Shown here: positions 38,922 to 41,027 of the stretch, piece after piece
How the letters are laid out: every line of letters starts with the position of its first letter
Position numbering within the stretch: position 1 is the first letter of the stretch
DNA from: Candidatus Bathyarchaeota archaeon
GTDB taxonomy: Archaea; Thermoproteota; Bathyarchaeia; Bathyarchaeales; Bathyarchaeaceae
NCBI GenBank assembly: GCA_020346825.1
Contig: CP070791.1
Coordinates: forward strand, 920,463-961,489
Direction of reading: 5' to 3'
Length of the DNA stretch: 41,027 nucleotides
Translations under genes and position numbers: made by a program
The notes under the pieces: model-generated
What the model saw: the letters and a program-made list of their open reading frames with translations, nothing else
Told to the model about the DNA's origin: nothing
Database searches by the model: none

Positions 38922-39815
38922 TTGAGGTTTGTTCGTTATCTTCACTTAGGTGTTGAATCGTTTGGTCTCCGTGTTGGTGACGAAGTCACTGATCTTCAGA
39001 CTCTGGCCAGTGGGATCCTAGAGACTTCATTTCCATCCACCATGGAAGAATTGATAGGACTCGGTGAAGAAGGCACGCGAACGGTGGAACTATTGGTACG
39101 TGATTCCACAAGAATTGAAAAAAGAAATGCAGCTCTGAAGATTGTGAATACACCCTTGCTAGCCCCAGTATCTTCTCCTCCCAAGATTATCTGTCTAGGC
39201 TTGAACTACAGAGACCACGCAGAAGAGATTGGAACTGACCTACCTGACGAACCGATAATTTTCATGAAACCTAGAACAGCTATCGTCGGTCCAGATGAAC
39301 CCATAATTCAACCAAAATTCGTGAAGGAACTAGACTATGAGGCAGAACTAGCCATTATAATAGGGAAAAAAGGCAAAAACATCCCAGTTTTGGAGGCCAA
39401 GAAATACGTTTTTGGATATACTGCCTTCAACGACGTCTCCGCCCGTGAAATTCAATTCAAGGATAGACAGTGGACGAGAGGCAAGAGCTTCGACACCTTT
39501 GCACCAATCGGACCCTGCATCACAACTCCTGACCAGATTGGAGACGTTGGCAACCTAAGAATTCGCACCAGAGTAAACAGGGGATTAAGGCAAGATTCCT
39601 CAACGAAAAACATGGTTTTCAACGTTCACGAAGTGGTACATCACATAAGCCGTGTTATGACACTGGAACCCTGCGACGTAATCGCTACTGGAACGCCTGC
39701 AGGAGTTGCAGTGTTCATGAAGCCCACGCCAAAATTTCTCTTACCCGGTGATCTGGTTGAGGTAGAAATAGAGAATATCGGGACTCTTAGAAACAAAGTG
39801 GCAAGAGGGGCATGA
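38922..39815 (+). CDS. Fumarylacetoacetate hydrolase family protein
   Basis: KIICLGLNYRDH, DYEAEL, NDVSAR, GKSFDTF, TGTPAGV, IGTLRN. Confidence 0.93.
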   Translation: MRFVRYLHLGVESFGLRVGDEVTDLQTLASGILETSFPSTMEELIGLGEEGTRTVELLVRDSTRIEKRNAALKIVNTPLLAPVSSPPKIICLGLNYRDHAEEIGTDLPDEPIIFMKPRTAIVGPDEPIIQPKFVKELDYEAELAIIIGKKGKNIPVLEAKKYVFGYTAFNDVSAREIQFKDRQWTRGKSFDTFAPIGPCITTPDQIGDVGNLRIRTRVNRGLRQDSSTKNMVFNVHEVVHHISRVMTLEPCDVIATGTPAGVAVFMKPTPKFLLPGDLVEVEIENIGTLRNKVARGA

Positions 39816-39829
39816 TAAGCGTATAGTTT

Positions 39830-39935
39830 TGGTGCGGCGGGTGGGATTCGAACCCACGAACCCCTACGGGAAAGGATCTTGAGTCCTTCGCCTAATGTCG
39901 CCTTTCAAGCTTTGACCTGGCTTGGCTACCGCCGC
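39830..39935 (-). tRNA. tRNA-Leu(CAA) with encoded CCA and an 18-nt D-loop intron (39894-39911)
   Basis: Acceptor stem GCGGCGG/CCGCCGC, anticodon arm AAGGA-CTCAAGA-TCCTT, long variable arm, GTGGG-TTCGAAT-CCCAC; removing the intron restores GGTCAAAGGCG. Confidence 0.93.
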
Positions 39936-39995
39936 CCAACTGTTCCAAATTGAATAGTGATAATTTAAGGCTTACTTACCTACATGCTTCTTTCT

Positions 39996-40670
39996 CTATT
40001 GAATGGTTGTCCCAACTTTCTCTCCCTTCAGCGCCAACAAAACATTCGTTGGTCTGAATCCGTTTACTACCACAACTTTCGTTCTTCCTTTCTGAAGAAT
40101 CTTGACGGCTTCGGGGTCAAGAATCTGATGAATCCCTGCTTTATGTTTGTTCTTTTCAAAAAGATGCACTAGATCCTTGAATTTCAACTCTTCAATCTTT
40201 CTTGCGTCGGGATATTTCTTCGGATCTTTAGTATATACACCATCCATGTCCGAGGTTTTTATCAACATGTCGGCGTCCATCCTTTCACTAATCATTGCTG
40301 CCACTGTGTCCGTAGTCATTCCAGGCTTCAAACCACCCATAACGACGATCTTTTTGCGTTTCAAATAAGCAATGGCTTCGTCCAAAGAAACGGGTATGGT
40401 TTCACAAGCAACTTCGCCTAAACGCATTGCAAACAATTGAGCAAACAAACGCGAAACGTGAATTGCAGCCCAATCTCTTTTAGGTTCATCCAAGCCCAAC
40501 TCCCCCGCAATTCTGATAAATTCGCGGGCTAGGGTGCCGCCGCCAACAATGGCAACAATATCATGCCCCTGATCCTTAAGAACCTTCAGCAAATCAACAT
40601 ACTTGCCGATAAGAGATGGATTGGGAGGAGAAGCCACCACAGAACCCCCTACACGAATTACAACCCTCAC
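39996..40670 (-). CDS. pyrH: UMP kinase
   Basis: RVGGSV, VGGGTLAREFI, PGMTTDTVAA, DGVYTKDP, GTTI. Confidence 0.93.
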   Translation of the reverse strand: MRVVIRVGGSVVASPPNPSLIGKYVDLLKVLKDQGHDIVAIVGGGTLAREFIRIAGELGLDEPKRDWAAIHVSRLFAQLFAMRLGEVACETIPVSLDEAIAYLKRKKIVVMGGLKPGMTTDTVAAMISERMDADMLIKTSDMDGVYTKDPKKYPDARKIEELKFKDLVHLFEKNKHKAGIHQILDPEAVKILQKGRTKVVVVNGFRPTNVLLALKGEKVGTTIQ

Positions 40671-40821
40671 TTGGAAAGGCTCCCACTTTTATGTTCACAA
40701 CGATTCACAATATAACTTCTCTCTACCCCACCACCGGATTCAAATGGCTTATAATGGTTCTCCACAATACTCTGATCTAATGACAAGTAAGTTGACTTCA
40801 AAATCTTCTTGGTGAAAAATC

Positions 40822-41027
40822 ATGGCTGAGGTTGAACTTGTTTTCTTGGGGACAGGCGGTGGAAGATTCGCTACCATAACTCAGAAACGGAGAACTGGAG
40901 GAATCCGTTTCCTGTCTAGAAACCTTAACATGCATCTAGACCCTGGTCCCGGTGCCCTTATCTACTCTCTAGAAATGGGGTTGACCCCCCAGAAAATCAA
41001 GGCGGTGCTGGTTTCCCACGGTCACCC
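40822..41027 (+). CDS. MBL-fold metallo-hydrolase (5' part; runs off the window end)
   Basis: MAEVELVFLGTGGGRF...RTGG...LDPGPGAL...VSHGH (start of HxHxDH). Confidence 0.85.
   Translation, partial: MAEVELVFLGTGGGRFATITQKRRTGGIRFLSRNLNMHLDPGPGALIYSLEMGLTPQKIKAVLVSHGH

Noticed and set aside
33405..39935. Possible integrated element ending at the tRNA-Leu 3' end
   Set aside because: No integrase, no duplicated tRNA 3' end (att site) seen, and the cargo looks like ordinary metabolic genes
1..41027. CRISPR array, inteins in PolB1/aIF5B, IS elements
   Set aside because: No spaced direct repeats or transposase-like ORFs; aIF5B is of normal length and the visible PolB1 part shows no insertion

Overview
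Archaeal core-genome window, probably TACK and most likely Bathyarchaeia (inferred from the PolB1-type polymerase, TackOD1 protein and gene content). In order: partial PolB1, RsmB/NOP2 methyltransferase, agmatinase, two moeA genes, a TackOD1-like protein and a 4-gene type IV pilus operon. Next comes a long minus-strand superoperon: rps13-rps4-rps11-rpoD-rpl18e-rpl13-rps9-rpoN-eno-rps2-MEMO1-mvk-ubiD-acnXL-acnXS-ipk-fni-idsA-gltX-rpl7ae-rps28e-rpl24e-adk-infB. It contains the lower 'archaeal' (Aeropyrum-type) mevalonate pathway except ubiX. A variable region follows (SerK-like kinase, TrmO, GT2, GH3, FAH), then an intron-containing tRNA-Leu(CAA), pyrH and a partial MBL-fold hydrolase. I saw no CRISPR array, integrase or transposase. 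Most unusual observations: (1) recurrent (GC)n and other alternating purine-pyrimidine tracts in intergenic spacers, the longest sitting at the break point of a truncated ICMT-family gene; (2) rpoN lacking a standard start codon (ATA, preceded by an in-frame MWKGG* mini-ORF); (3) a bacterial-type adk in the usual ndk position; (4) an apparently lower-GC mvk-ubiD-acnX block whose mevalonate kinase resembles the kinetoplastid enzyme; (5) a palindrome-rich pilus promoter and leader. All family assignments come from motif recognition; no database searches were run.
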